DNA of 64,000 bases from Dictyostelium discoideum. Its lineage: Eukaryota. The translations under genes were made by a program, and so were the position numbers. The notes beneath the pieces are model-generated. The model had not been told where the DNA came from, ran no database searches, and saw only the letters and a program-made list of their open reading frames with translations. The stretch lies in NCBI GenBank assembly GCA_000004695.1, contig CM000150.2:1664001-1728000 (forward strand), given 5' to 3'. Shown in pieces: positions 16,166 through 28,745 of this stretch; the stretch's first letter is position 1; every line of letters begins with the position of its first letter.

Positions 16166-16931
16166 AAATAAAATTATAAATAAATAAATAAATAAAAAAA
16201 AAATTAAAAAAAATTAAAAAAAAAAATAATATAATAAAAATATTTATTATTACACAAAAAATTGATAATTAGATTTAATAAGATTGAAAGGTTTAAAAAT
16301 AAAAAATAAATAAATTTTTGTGAAATTTCATACCCCCAAAAAAAAAAAAAATAAAAAAATAAAAAAATAAAAATGTGTGTGAAGTTAAAAATAAATAAAT
16401 TATTTGTGTTTTTTTTTGGGGGTATTTTGCTGGGGAGATAATTGAACAATTGTGTGTTGGTTCTAATTTAGTAAACCCTAAATTTTTTTTTTTTCTTATT
16501 ATTTTAAGTTTTTACCACAATTGAATTATTCTATTTATATAATTTAATATTTTTTTTATTATTTTTTTTTATTTTTTTATTTTTTTTTTTTATTAATTTT
16601 TAATAATAGAAATAAATTTTTTTGTAACAATTTATTCATATTTTTTTTTTATATTTAAATTGAACATCTTTTTTTTTTTATTTTTTATTTTTTTTTAAAT
16701 AATAATAATTTAAATTTTTTTTATTATTATATTATTATAATTATTTAAATATTTATTATTATTTTTTAAATATTTTTTTCATTATTTTATTTTTATTTTT
16801 ATAAAACATAAATTATTTTTTATACTATTTAATAAATATATAATTTTATATTATTATACTATTTTTTTTATTTTTTTTTTTAATTTTTTTTTTTTTTTTT
16901 AATCCTATAATCATATTTAATATTTTAAAAA

Positions 16932-18389
<1,458 letters not shown>

Positions 18390-18483
18390 ATAAAATATAT
18401 ATATTGTGCAACAAATTGGTAATAATAAAATATAAAATTTTAATAACATTATTTTATTTTTATTTTTTTAATTTTTTAATTTT

Positions 18484-19033
18484 TTAAATTTGATTAATTA
18501 ATAGCTTTTTCTTTTGTGGTGATAGTACATTTTTTTTTTTTTTTTTAATTATGAATTCCAAACTTTGTATTTTATGAATTGCGATAATTGTACATTTTCT
18601 TTTTATGTGAATTCTTTTTTTGATTTTATTGATTGGTAAACAATCACTTGTAACGGCTAATGGATATGATGATGAGTTGATAGTTTCATTTGTATTTTTG
18701 GAATTCCATTTATTTCCCAAATATTGAAAACTTTTTCTAATGAAAAATTCAAATTCATCAACTTTAATTGATTGATTTTGATTAATTTCTTTTTCTTTTT
18801 TTTCTTTTTCTTGAATTTGTTTTAGTTGATTATCAACCACTAAAATCGCTTTATCATTTATTATATGTTACTGTTGCTGTTGTTGTAAATATTGATATTG
18901 ATCATCAATAATAAATGTTTGTTGATGGTAAAAATTATCTTCAATATCATATTCTAACTTTGGTGTAGGCGGACACTCAATTATAAATGTTGGGTCAATG
19001 AAATCATCGTGTTCCTAAAAAAAAAGATCAAAA

Positions 19034-19065
<32 letters not shown>

Positions 19066-19162
19066 ATTTTTTTTTTTATTTTTTTTTTTATTTTATTTTA
19101 TTTTATTTTCTTACTTTTAAAATTTTATCAAGACTATAGTTGTATGTAAAAACTTGATCCAT
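18484..19162 (-). CDS. Small 2-exon ORF join(19162..19115,19014..18868), 64 aa: MDQVFTYNYSLDKILK|EHDDFIDPTFIIECPPTPKLEYDIEDNFYHQQTFIIDDQYQYLQQQQQ*. A single in-frame TAA separates it from a further 118-codon open frame (18840..18484). Status unclear (small gene plus 3' region, or pseudogene).
   Basis: ATG at 19162, donor AAA|GTAAGA, acceptor ttttag|GAACAC, phase 0. The downstream segment continues in the same frame after the TAA at 18870..18868. The only possible joining intron would be 32 nt, which is too short. Confidence 0.3.
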
Positions 19163-19456
19163 TATTTCTATAATTCTTTTTTTAAGTTTACTTTTTTATC
19201 CTTTTTTGTTTTGATAATTTTTGTTTAAAAATTTTTTTTTTTTTCCATTTCATACAAAGATAAAAGTGATTTTTATATCACTTTAAAGAAAGACTGACAC
19301 TGACACTAGATATTTTTATTTTCACTTTATTTTTTTTTTATTTTTATTTTTATTTTTTTAATCCCATTTTATTTTATTTTATTTTATTTTATTTTTTTTT
19401 TTTTAATCAATCCAATAATCTTCTTTTTTTTTTTTTTTTTCAAACAACAATAACAA

Positions 19457-19506
<50 letters not shown>

Positions 19507-19862
19507 AAATAAATAAAAACAATAAAATTAACAATGGTAGTTTTGTTCCAAAATTATATCACCCACCCCCACCACCAAAAATGTATCTGTTTTTTCAAAT
19601 TACAAAGAGAATTTGTAAAAACTTTTCTAATTTATTTAAATAATTATGGTTATGGTGTGTGAATATTTAAAAAACAAATAATTTTCGTGGGTTTTTTTTT
19701 ATTTTTTTTTATAATATAATTTAATTATTATTTTTTTTGTTTTATTAAATTCATTTATAAATGAATATATAAATAAAAAAATTTTTTTTAAATAACATTA
19801 AACATTAAAACATATATTTTTAGAAAGATAATATCAAAATAAAAAAAAATAAAAAAAAAAAA

Positions 19863-19896
<34 letters not shown>

Positions 19897-19899
<3 letters not shown>

Positions 19900-21943
19900 A
19901 AAAAGATTCATTTACTTTTTTTGTTTATATTCATATTAACAATAATTACAATAACATTTTTTAAAAATTCAAATAAACCAGAATCAATTAAAAATAATAG
20001 AAACAATTACAACAATAACAACAACAACAACAATAATAATAATAATAATAATAATTTTGATAATGTTAATAAAAATACAAATAATAAAATTGTAGTTAAT
20101 CAATTTCAAGATCAAAATAATAATAATAATAAATTTTATAATGATGAAAGATTAAAAAAAAATCATCAAAACAATGGTCAAAATGATAATAATAAAATTC
20201 CACAACATGAAAATTATTTAAAAAAGAAAAGATCACCAAGACCACAACCAACTTTTAAAAAATCAAATAATAATAATGATAATAATAATTTATTAGAAAA
20301 ATTAGAAAATAAAATTCAAATAATAAATAATAATAATTCAATTGAATTTTTATCAATGAATAAAATTAATTGTGAAAATGGTGGAATTGGATTTTCAAGT
20401 AAATGCATTTGTTCTTATGGATTTAATGGTGACAGATGTGAGATTATTGATATAAATAATGCATGTACACAAGTAAAGATGAATATTGAGTATCTCTATA
20501 ACCCAAATTTAGTATCCTCTGATAAATGTATATCAAGTGCACCAAGTATTTGTTGTTGGTCAAAGTTTAGAACCATTTCAAATATTTCTTTAACAAAATT
20601 ACAAGATTCAACTCATTCAGATTTAAATCAAGTTCCACAACATAATGATATAATTAAATCAATTTTAACAAGTTATGGACCATGGACTGAAAATGACAAG
20701 AAAATGATAAGTTATCTAATTAAATCAAATGATAATGATATCACTTATCAATTAAAATATAATACAAATCATTTCATGTCAAAACACGACCAACATGATA
20801 ATCATAAAAAACCAAAATTAGCATTTGTCTTAATGATTCATAAAATTGATTTAGAAGCTTTAAAATTATTATTTGATAATATTTATAAACCAAAACATTA
20901 TTATGTTATTCATAGTAAGTAAATAATGAATGTGATAAACAAACTATTATTAAAAAATTACTAACAAATTAATATATATATAGTTGATAATAATTTTAAA
21001 GATGAAAATTTAATTAATCAATTGAAATCATTTATAAATAAATTATATGAATTAAAAATAAAGAATAATATATTATTAAATTCAAATTATCCAAATAATA
21101 TTGAGATTTTACATACAAGATTCGATGGTGCATGGGGTTCAATTGCTTTAGTTTATAGTGAAATTGCATCATATACAAAGCTATTTGATATGTTAGAACA
21201 TAGACATTCAATAACTGGTAGAAAAGAGAAATGGTCACATGTAATTAATCTCTCAATTAATGATTTTCCAATTAAAACAATTGAAAAATTAGAATATTTC
21301 TTTGCAAGTAATGGTAATATTAAAAGAAATTTCTTAAATGAAGAAGATAAAGAAAAAGAAATTATTAGATATAATGTAAATATTTATTGATTTATTTAAT
21401 TAATTCTATTTTAAATTTTAATTATTAATAAAAATAAATATATATATATATATATAGAAACCATGGGTAGAATGTAAAACAATTGAAGATGGTAAAAGTA
21501 ATATTGTTGGATTTAATTTTCAAAATAATGATGATAATGATGAAAATAGTGGTATTTGTGGATGTTCAGGTATGGAACATACAATGGATAGAAGTAAATA
21601 TAAAGAAGGATCACAATGGCATTTTTTAACATATAAATTTGCAAATTATTTAATTTCAGATTTTAAAGCAATTAAAAGATTATTCTCTATGAAGTTCTCT
21701 TATATTCCAGACGAATCATTCTTTCAATTGGCAAAGAGCGAATCTTATTTTTTCAATGAAACTGATAGTTGGGATTTCTCAAATTATAGATTCATCCCTT
21801 GGTATAATAGTGCAATCGGTTTAAAAGTTGGTTTAGAAGAAGTTGAAAATAATTTTAATAATCAAACTTGGAGTTACTTTACTCGTAAAGTTTATACAAC
21901 TGATGTTAAAAATGCAATAATTGAAAAATATTTAAAAGATTAA
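19897..21943 (+). CDS. Glycosyltransferase family 14 (core-2/I-branching type) with N-terminal signal anchor and an EGF-like domain. 3 exons: join(19897..20914,20984..21375,21458..21943).
   Basis: Signal anchor MKKIHLLFLFIFILTIITITFF. EGF-like CENGGIGFSSKCICSYGFNGDRCE. The GT14 Branch-domain motifs are spread over the 3 exons and rejoin in frame: KLAFVLMIHK...YYVIH|IDNN (exon 1/2, phase 1, GTAAGT...tatatag), ...WGSIALVYSE...WSHVINLSINDFPIKT (exon 2), and GSQWHFLTYKFANY (exon 3, after AAT|GTAAAT...tatatag). Confidence 0.7.
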
Positions 21944-22060
21944 AAAAATAAAAAAATAAAATAAAAATAAATAATTAATAATAATTCCTCCCCCCCCTTT
22001 TTTTTATTGTATTATTATTTATTTATTATTTTAACATAACATTAGTTGAATTTTCATCAG

Positions 22061-22120
22061 CCGGCTTTGGCCCAATGGTAGCGCGATTGACTGTAGTATT
22101 GAAAGTGATCAATCGGTTGC
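22061..22120 (+). pseudogene. Truncated tRNA-Tyr(GUA) pseudo-copy: 5' ~60 nt of the gene with a D-stem mutation (GCCC for GCGC), no T-arm or acceptor 3' strand
   Basis: CCGGCTTTGGCCCAATGGTAGCGCGATTGACTGTAGTATTGAAAGTGATCAATCGGTTGC is near-identical to 22235..22294, including 9 bp of 5' flank (tttcatcag). It then diverges into AT-rich DNA. Confidence 0.6.
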
Positions 22121-22234
22121 AGTATAGAAAATAAAATAAATTTTTTAAAATAGAACTTTTTTTTTTTTTTAATAACATCACTCAATTTGATAAAATAGAA
22201 CCTGGACCGGTAAAAAAAATAAAAATTTCATCAG

Positions 22235-22317
22235 CCGGCTTTGGCGCAATGGTAGCGCGATTGACTGTAGTATTGAAAGTGATCAATCGGTTGCTAGTTC
22301 GAATCTGGCAAGCCGGA
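22235..22317 (+). tRNA. tRNA-Tyr (anticodon GUA) with an 11-nt intron 3' of position 37
   Basis: Cloverleaf: acceptor CCGGCTT/AAGCCGG, D-arm GCGC-AATGGTA-GCGC, anticodon stem ATTGA/TCAAT, loop CTGTAG[intron TATTGAAAGTG]A, variable CGGTT, T-arm GCTAG-TTCGAAT-CTGGC, discriminator A. A T-run follows. Eukaryotic tRNA-Tyr genes universally carry an intron at this position. Confidence 0.85.
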
Positions 22318-22324
22318 CTTTTTA
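22318..22324 (+). terminator. Pol III terminator T-run after tRNA-Tyr
   Basis: cttttta directly after the discriminator base. Confidence 0.5.
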
Positions 22325-22345
22325 TTGATGGAAAATAAGGTCGCA

Positions 22346-22357
22346 GGGTCGATTCGA
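22346..22357 (+). promoter_or_regulatory. External B-box-like element (GGGTCGATTCGA) ~30 bp downstream of tRNA-Tyr
   Basis: Resembles the internal B-box consensus GGTTCGAATCC. Dictyostelium tRNA genes commonly carry such a downstream ex-B copy. Confidence 0.45.
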
Positions 22358-22757
22358 TTTATCAACAATAATTGAAGATAAAATCTTTAAACTTGTCTAT
22401 ATACACACAAATGGAAATGGTTGACCTCCATTTATTCCCAATATTTAAATTATAGAATTATTGATCACGTGTTGGGATACTTTTTTATTTTTTTTTTTTA
22501 CAAAAATAAAAAAATATCTTTAAAATTAATATCATGATTTTTTTTTATTTTTATTTCTCGAAGCCTCATTTTATTTTTAAAATTTTTCTTTTTGGAATAT
22601 GGTTTGAGAATATGGTTTGAGAATAAGAAATATTTTTTATCTTTTTCTAAATTAAAATTATTTTGATTTTTTATTTTTTTTTAAGGAAAAAAAAAAATAT
22701 AAAAAGAGAAATTATGTTTTTTAAATTATAAATAATAAAAATAAATAAATAAATAAA

Positions 22758-23651
22758 ATGTCAATTTTAATTACTGGTAGTACTGGCAAATTTGGTAAAA
22801 ATTCAATAGAATTTTTATTATCAAATGGTGTTGATCCAAAATCAATAATTGCATTGGTTCGTGACGAATCAAAAGGTAAACAATTCCAAGATAAAGGTTT
22901 AAATTTTAGAATTGGTGATTATTCAAATGAAGAATCTTTAGTTAAGGAATTTGATGGTATTGAAAAATTATTATTCATTTCATCAAGTGATATTGAGAAT
23001 AGAATTGATCATCATAATAATGTAATTAAAGCTGCCAAACAAGTAGGTTCAATTAAACACTTGGTTTACACAAGTTTCTTAAGAAAAGAAGAGGTTGAAA
23101 AAAGTGGAAATTCTTCAATTGATTTTGTTGGAAAACCACATATTTTTGCTGAAGAATTGATTGAAAAATCTGGTATCAACTACACAATTCTTCAAAATAT
23201 TCTTTACACTGATTTCTTAACCGAATTCTTTTTTGGTGAAAAGGTTTTAGAAAATGGTATTTTTTTCCCAGCAGGTAATGGTATTGGTAACTATGCAACT
23301 AGAAAGGATATGGCTGAAGCTGCAGTAAATATATTATTGGATGAAAATCAACAAAATCACCTCAATAAAAAGTATATCATTTCAAATGAAGAAAGTTCAT
23401 CATTTGAAGATGCTGCTAAAATTCTCTCTGAAATCAGTGGTAAAACTATTTCATACACAAGTCCAGATGTTGCAACATTTGAAAACACTTTAACTGGATT
23501 TGGTGTCCCTCAAGTTTATATTCAGCTATCAGTTGCATTTGGTTTGGCCATTCAAAATAATGAGTTTAATATCCTTAAAACTGATCTTTCAACATTGTTA
23601 AAAAGAAAACCAACTACCTTAAAACAATTTTTATTTGATACCTATCAATAA
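22758..23651 (+). CDS. NmrA-like / atypical SDR NAD(P)-binding protein (297 aa, single exon)
   Basis: N-terminal Rossmann motif ILITGSTGKFG, ALVRDESKG, and the overall NmrA/YtfG-like layout. Confidence 0.7.
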   Translation: MSILITGSTGKFGKNSIEFLLSNGVDPKSIIALVRDESKGKQFQDKGLNFRIGDYSNEESLVKEFDGIEKLLFISSSDIENRIDHHNNVIKAAKQVGSIKHLVYTSFLRKEEVEKSGNSSIDFVGKPHIFAEELIEKSGINYTILQNILYTDFLTEFFFGEKVLENGIFFPAGNGIGNYATRKDMAEAAVNILLDENQQNHLNKKYIISNEESSSFEDAAKILSEISGKTISYTSPDVATFENTLTGFGVPQVYIQLSVAFGLAIQNNEFNILKTDLSTLLKRKPTTLKQFLFDTYQ

Positions 23652-24221
23652 CAATAAATAAATAACATTTATTATAAAACAAATTAATTTATTTAATTTT
23701 ATTTGTTATATATAATTACCAAAATAGTAACAATTTATTATTTTTTTATAATATTCTCTCTTTCTTTATTTCTATTGATATTGCTATTGCTATTAATTTT
23801 TTAATTTGTAGTTGTTTGTTTAATTAAAATAAGTCATCTGTTGACCTTCTCAACTGTTATTATTTGATAATTTCTTTTCTTGGATTGATACATAATCCTT
23901 CATATGATTAGACTTACTGAATCAATTACCGAATAACCAAACTTTTTTCTAAATTTTTTTTTATTTTATCGTTGTAACTAGGAGTGTTACTTTCACTTTG
24001 GTAGAGGTATCTTTCCAATTTCCAAGATTTCTGTGGTAGTTCTCTTGTCTTTAGGTTTCATAAGTTTAGGCAATCATTGATATAGTTGTTTTGTCTTCTT
24101 TGTGATAGAAATTTAATCAAAAAATCAAAATTTTTTTCAAAAAAAAGGCTCCTATGACAATTTAATCAAAAAATCAAAAAATTTGAGTTGGTTTTACCAA
24201 AAAAAAAAAATATTCAAAAAT

Positions 24222-24293
24222 GGCTCCTTAGCATAGTGGTATTGCGCTTCCCTAGTAAGGAAGAGGTCATGAGTTCGATCCTCATAGGAGCCT
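24222..24293 (+). tRNA. tRNA-Thr (anticodon AGU)
   Basis: Acceptor GGCTCCT/AGGAGCC, D-arm GCAT-AGTGGTA-TTGC, anticodon stem CTTCC/GGAAG with loop CTAGTAA, variable AGGTC, T-arm ATGAG-TTCGATC-CTCAT, discriminator T, then TTTTTTTT. Confidence 0.85.
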
Positions 24294-24301
24294 TTTTTTT
24301 G
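24294..24301 (+). terminator. Pol III terminator (T8) after tRNA-Thr
   Basis: tttttttt immediately 3' of the tRNA. Confidence 0.6.
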
Positions 24302-24320
24302 AAAAAAATTTTAAAGTCGA

Positions 24321-24332
24321 GGGTTCGAATCT
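24321..24332 (+). promoter_or_regulatory. External B-box (GGGTTCGAATCT) ~28 bp downstream of tRNA-Thr
   Basis: Near-perfect copy of the B-box consensus outside the tRNA body. Confidence 0.55.
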
Positions 24333-24399
24333 TGATTGGAAATGAATTAGTTATCATTGTACAGAAAAAAGAAATAAACGAGAATTTATACATATAATA

Positions 24400-27300
24400 A
24401 ATAAATCACTGTTATATCTTCACCGCCACATTCATTCCTCTTAATTTTACCCTTTTTTTGCTCAATAAAGCAAGGGCTATCGTCTTCTATACTTTTCAAC
24501 AATGGCTGGTGATCACTCAACTGAATTACAGTTAAATCATACAGATAACATCACAACCAATACAAATAATACCTCCACAACCTCAACAACAAAAAACAAA
24601 AGTGCAAAAATCGACACACCTGAAAAACAAACCCCAACAAACCAACTCTCACTAAACAAAGGACTTGATAATCAATTAGATATCATTGCACCTCCATCAA
24701 TCACAAGACCACTCTCTTTCTTAGAAAAAAACAATAACACCATCAACATTAAGTGTTACTTTAATCAACCACACATCCTTGAAGAATTAACCTCTAAAGA
24801 TGACACAAGAATCCAACAAATTCACAAAAACATTCACAAACTCTTCGAAGATATACTGTCGCCATCAGCATTTAAAATAATTGGTGCAACTGCCTTCGTA
24901 AATTGCAACGTTGATAAATTAACTTCAATAATCAACCTTCAAAACCAACTTGCACTAAATATAGACAAACTCAATAATGAAATTTCACACAAAAGTGATT
25001 CTTCAAATAATAATAACGGGAAAAACTCATTATCAATGAGCAATCCAACCGATCCAACAATTGTACCACAAAAACCTCTACAATCCCAACCAAACAAACC
25101 AAGTGCACCAACTCCAAATACAATAAATACAAGAAGAAGCAGCAATGCCCTGACTACACAACCAGTCAATACTGGTGCTGCCAAACCTAGTAAGGTATGA
25201 GCTCAAAAATCAACTTTATAACATGGAATTGTAGAGGATTCACTGAAAACCCAAACAATCAACACAATTCCTACCAAAAAGCTGTTGACACACTACAACT
25301 ACTTATATCAAAACTTCCACCTCGTCCAACAATCTCAATACTCACTGAACTCAATTCATCACCATTACAACTTAAACATTATTTTCCCGATCACATCATC
25401 TCTGTCACCAAACGAGGAAATGGTGTAATCATCATTAACCATAACCCAAACACACTCAAACTCAAACACATATCAACAATTGATATTACCAATCAATCCC
25501 AAAACAATAAAGAAATTTCACACAAAAGTGATTCTTCAAATAATAATAACGGGAAAAACTCATTATCAATGAGCAATCCAACCATGGTAGAGCTATTTTA
25601 GCAGACGTTATATTTCCAAATCAATTACCAATTGGTATTCTTGGAATTTACGCACCAGCATCAAATAATACCATCAAAAAGAATTCATATGCAACTTCAC
25701 TACAAACACTTCTCCACAACCACTCAACAAACCCAATACCAAACCAATCCCAACATGTATCTATTATCGCAGGAGATTTCAACTCTATCCACAACGACAA
25801 TTCACTATAAGATGATATTATCCAATCCTACACATACCAACACCATTTAATTGATCAAGGTGAATTTAAAAACACTCCAACTCATACACATGGCAACAGA
25901 TTAGATAGAATATATACTCAATACAATAGAATAGACCCTGAAAATATATATACACAAGTCCACCAAATTCCATCTTCATTATCAGATCATAATCCAACCA
26001 TGAAGCAATCAATATTATCAATCATTTAATAACTAATCACAATAACACATCAATCAATCAATTTACAAACTGGTCAAAAGTAAAATCAAAAATTATTAAA
26101 ACTCTAAAAAACTATCAATATAACAAAGACAAACAAACTCAACGTTCAAAACAAATACTATTAGGAAAAGCAGCAAAATTCAAACATCTTGAAGAACAAT
26201 GCATCGCTGAATACAATATTATATGTAACAAAAACAAATTACATCAAAACCACACAAACATATTAAAAAAACATATAAATGGAGAAATACCTTGCAAGTA
26301 TCTATCAGCAATACTAAACAAAAGATCAAAACATGCAAAAATTGAATCAATCCAATATGGTAACATCATTACATCCGACCCCGACCAAATTGAAAATGCG
26401 TTTGTTGAATTCTACACAAATCTATATAGCTTACAAATATGTTGTCCAATTACTCACCAGCTCATGCCAAACACATGGCCCATCATAAAAAATGAATATT
26501 TGAATGGTTTAGACTCACCATTTATACAAGATGAAGTTGAAGCTGCAATTAAAACCTGTAACCCCAACGAATCACCCGGTCCAGATGGCGTTACAAATGC
26601 TTTCTACTTTAATCATTTAAACCAAGTTAAACCAATTCTCACTACATTATTCTACGATATACTAGAAAATCCTCACCACATCACAACAGAATTCACCGAA
26701 GGTCTTATACACACAATATACAAGAAAGGCAACCCCTTACTCATATCAAATCGTCGTCCCATTACACTTCTAAACACTGATTACAAGATCCTCTCAAAAG
26801 TAATCAATGCACGTCTTCTGAGAATACTTCCTTTCATCATCAACAACAACCAAACTGGTTTCGTACCCCACAGATTCATCATAGACAACATCATCAACAT
26901 CAATGAATAAATCAACTACCTCAAATCTAAAAACCTCCCTGGTATAATCACACTATTTGACTTCTTTAAAGCATTTGATTCTATCTCTCACCTTGTTTTA
27001 ATACTATCAAAAGAACATTAATTCATATTGGTATACCAATAAAATTAATAAATTTAATCCACAAGCTATTATTTGATTCACAAGCAAAAATTTCAATTAA
27101 TGGTAAAACCACCAGAAAATTCGATATTAAAAGAGGTGTAAAACAAGGTGACCCAATCTCAGCCACTTTATTTGTAATTGTAATTGAAATATTAGCAAGA
27201 ACAATAAATGCAGACAATACAATAATTGGATTACCAATTTCATCCAATCCACAAATTAAAATCAAATTTACCCAATTTGCAGACGAATCTACAACATACA

Positions 27301-28745
27301 ACATCAACTACGAACAACAACAATCAATCAAACATTTCGATAATTTATGTGCTAAAACATCATCATCATTAAATTTTGACAAAAGTGCAATAATAGAAAT
27401 CAACCCCCACAAAATCACTGATAAACACATAATAAACAACGTTCCACAATCAAAAAGAATACCAATAACCAAAAAAGATTAATCAGAAAGAGTCCTAGGC
27501 TATTTCTTTAATAATAATGGTTTACATAGGAAATTACCAGAAACAATGAAAACACTGAATAAATCATTAGTACTATGGAAAACTAGTGGCACACCAATAA
27601 CATATTTATCATACCTTGAAGAATTTACAAAAGATGAAGAAATTCAAATTAATAAATTAATCTCATGGTTTATGAATTCCGCAAATTCTGAATCACCAAC
27701 TCTCAATACCAATTCCATTGAAAACAACACATCAACCATCCATTCACGTGCAAAATTACCTTTGATGTGTTATGATAGATCATTAAAACCATTAAAAGAA
27801 GGTGGTTGGGGTATGTGGAATATACAATTACGAAAAGTTGCTCAAAAGAATTGGATATACAACAGATTTTTACAAATGCATATATCTGCAAACAATTCAA
27901 TATACATGATAAGTTGGATGGATCAAATCATCAACAAATCAATCTCTTCTCCATACCTTATAAAAATTAAAAAAGAATGGGAAAACTATGCAACTCAAAT
28001 TGGACATCTAAAAGATAAAGTTAAAATCCTACAACCAATATTAATAAAAAATCAAACCTCTCAAACATTAACCACAAATAATATTCCACTACCACCAACA
28101 CTCAAAGAAATCTACTCGACAATACTCAACAATCACCAATGTAAATCAAAAGACTATATTGGCAAGAAATATTCAGATCTACTTCTTACTTCGCACCAAC
28201 AATTAATACAACTATTATGGAAATACACATACGACCAACTATTTGTCAAAATTCAAAAATTAAAAGATCCAAAAGGCCGTGATACAATGCAAAGATTCCA
28301 TGCTAGATGTCTTCCGATTAATCACCTACACAACAAAGTTTGCCCCATTTGCAACAATGAAATGAATAATGATCCCTATGGTCATTTGTTTTTCAATTGT
28401 CAGCACACAATCAACTTCATAAACCACGACAAATTAAAATATTTTATATATAAAAATTGCAATGGAAACAAAAACTGGTCACTAACAAAAAACCAAACAA
28501 CAAAATTATACACTCATTTATAAACCACAAACAAACAACAAAGCATTTAAACCAGATCCAACTATCATGAATGGGGGGAGGAGACAGGGGACAGGGGACA
28601 GGGGACAGGGGGGGAGATTTGAAGTTTTTTTTTAAATTTTTTAGTCAGTTGCAAATACAAATACATTGGCATATAATAAATAAAACTATTGATTGGAGTG
28701 AAATAAATAATCCAATAAATAAAAGAGAAAAAAAAAAAAATTCCG
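24400..28745 (+). mobile_element. TRE3-like tRNA-gene-targeted non-LTR (LINE) retrotransposon, inserted ~100-200 bp downstream of tRNA-Thr; degenerate copy. Boundaries are approximate.
   Basis: ORF1 24502..25200 (T/N/P-rich, 232 aa). ORF2 starts at 25197 overlapping ORF1 with the APE N-terminus MSSKINFITWNCRGF. The APE C-terminal half is in another frame (IIAGDFNS ... RLDRIY ... SDHNP, ~25590-26040). RT motifs are split over frames: 26464..26910 has PGPDGV ... YKKGNPLLISNRRPITLLNTDYKILSKVINARL, ~26950 has FDFFKAFDSISH, and ~27100-27190 has RGVKQGDPISATLF. The C-terminal CCHC zinc knuckle is CPICNNEMNNDPYGHLFFNCQH (27546..28523). Multiple frameshifts and stops interrupt ORF2. There is an A-run near 28726. 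Confidence 0.65.

Noticed and set aside
18840-18871. 32-nt intron (GTAACA...TTTTAG) that would fuse the two same-frame ORF segments at 18484..19162
   Set aside because: It is far below the minimum intron length seen in this genome (~60 nt), and the donor is poor.
21022-21024. Track start codons at TTG/GTG (21022, 18840, 32967, 48380, 42834, 30277)
   Set aside because: These are prokaryotic alternative starts, not used here. Each position is internal to an exon, or upstream of the real ATG, in my spliced models.
27023-27307. Minus-strand ORF 27023..27307 inside the retroelement
   Set aside because: It is antisense to the RT-coding region (RGVKQGD segment) and has no domain signal.
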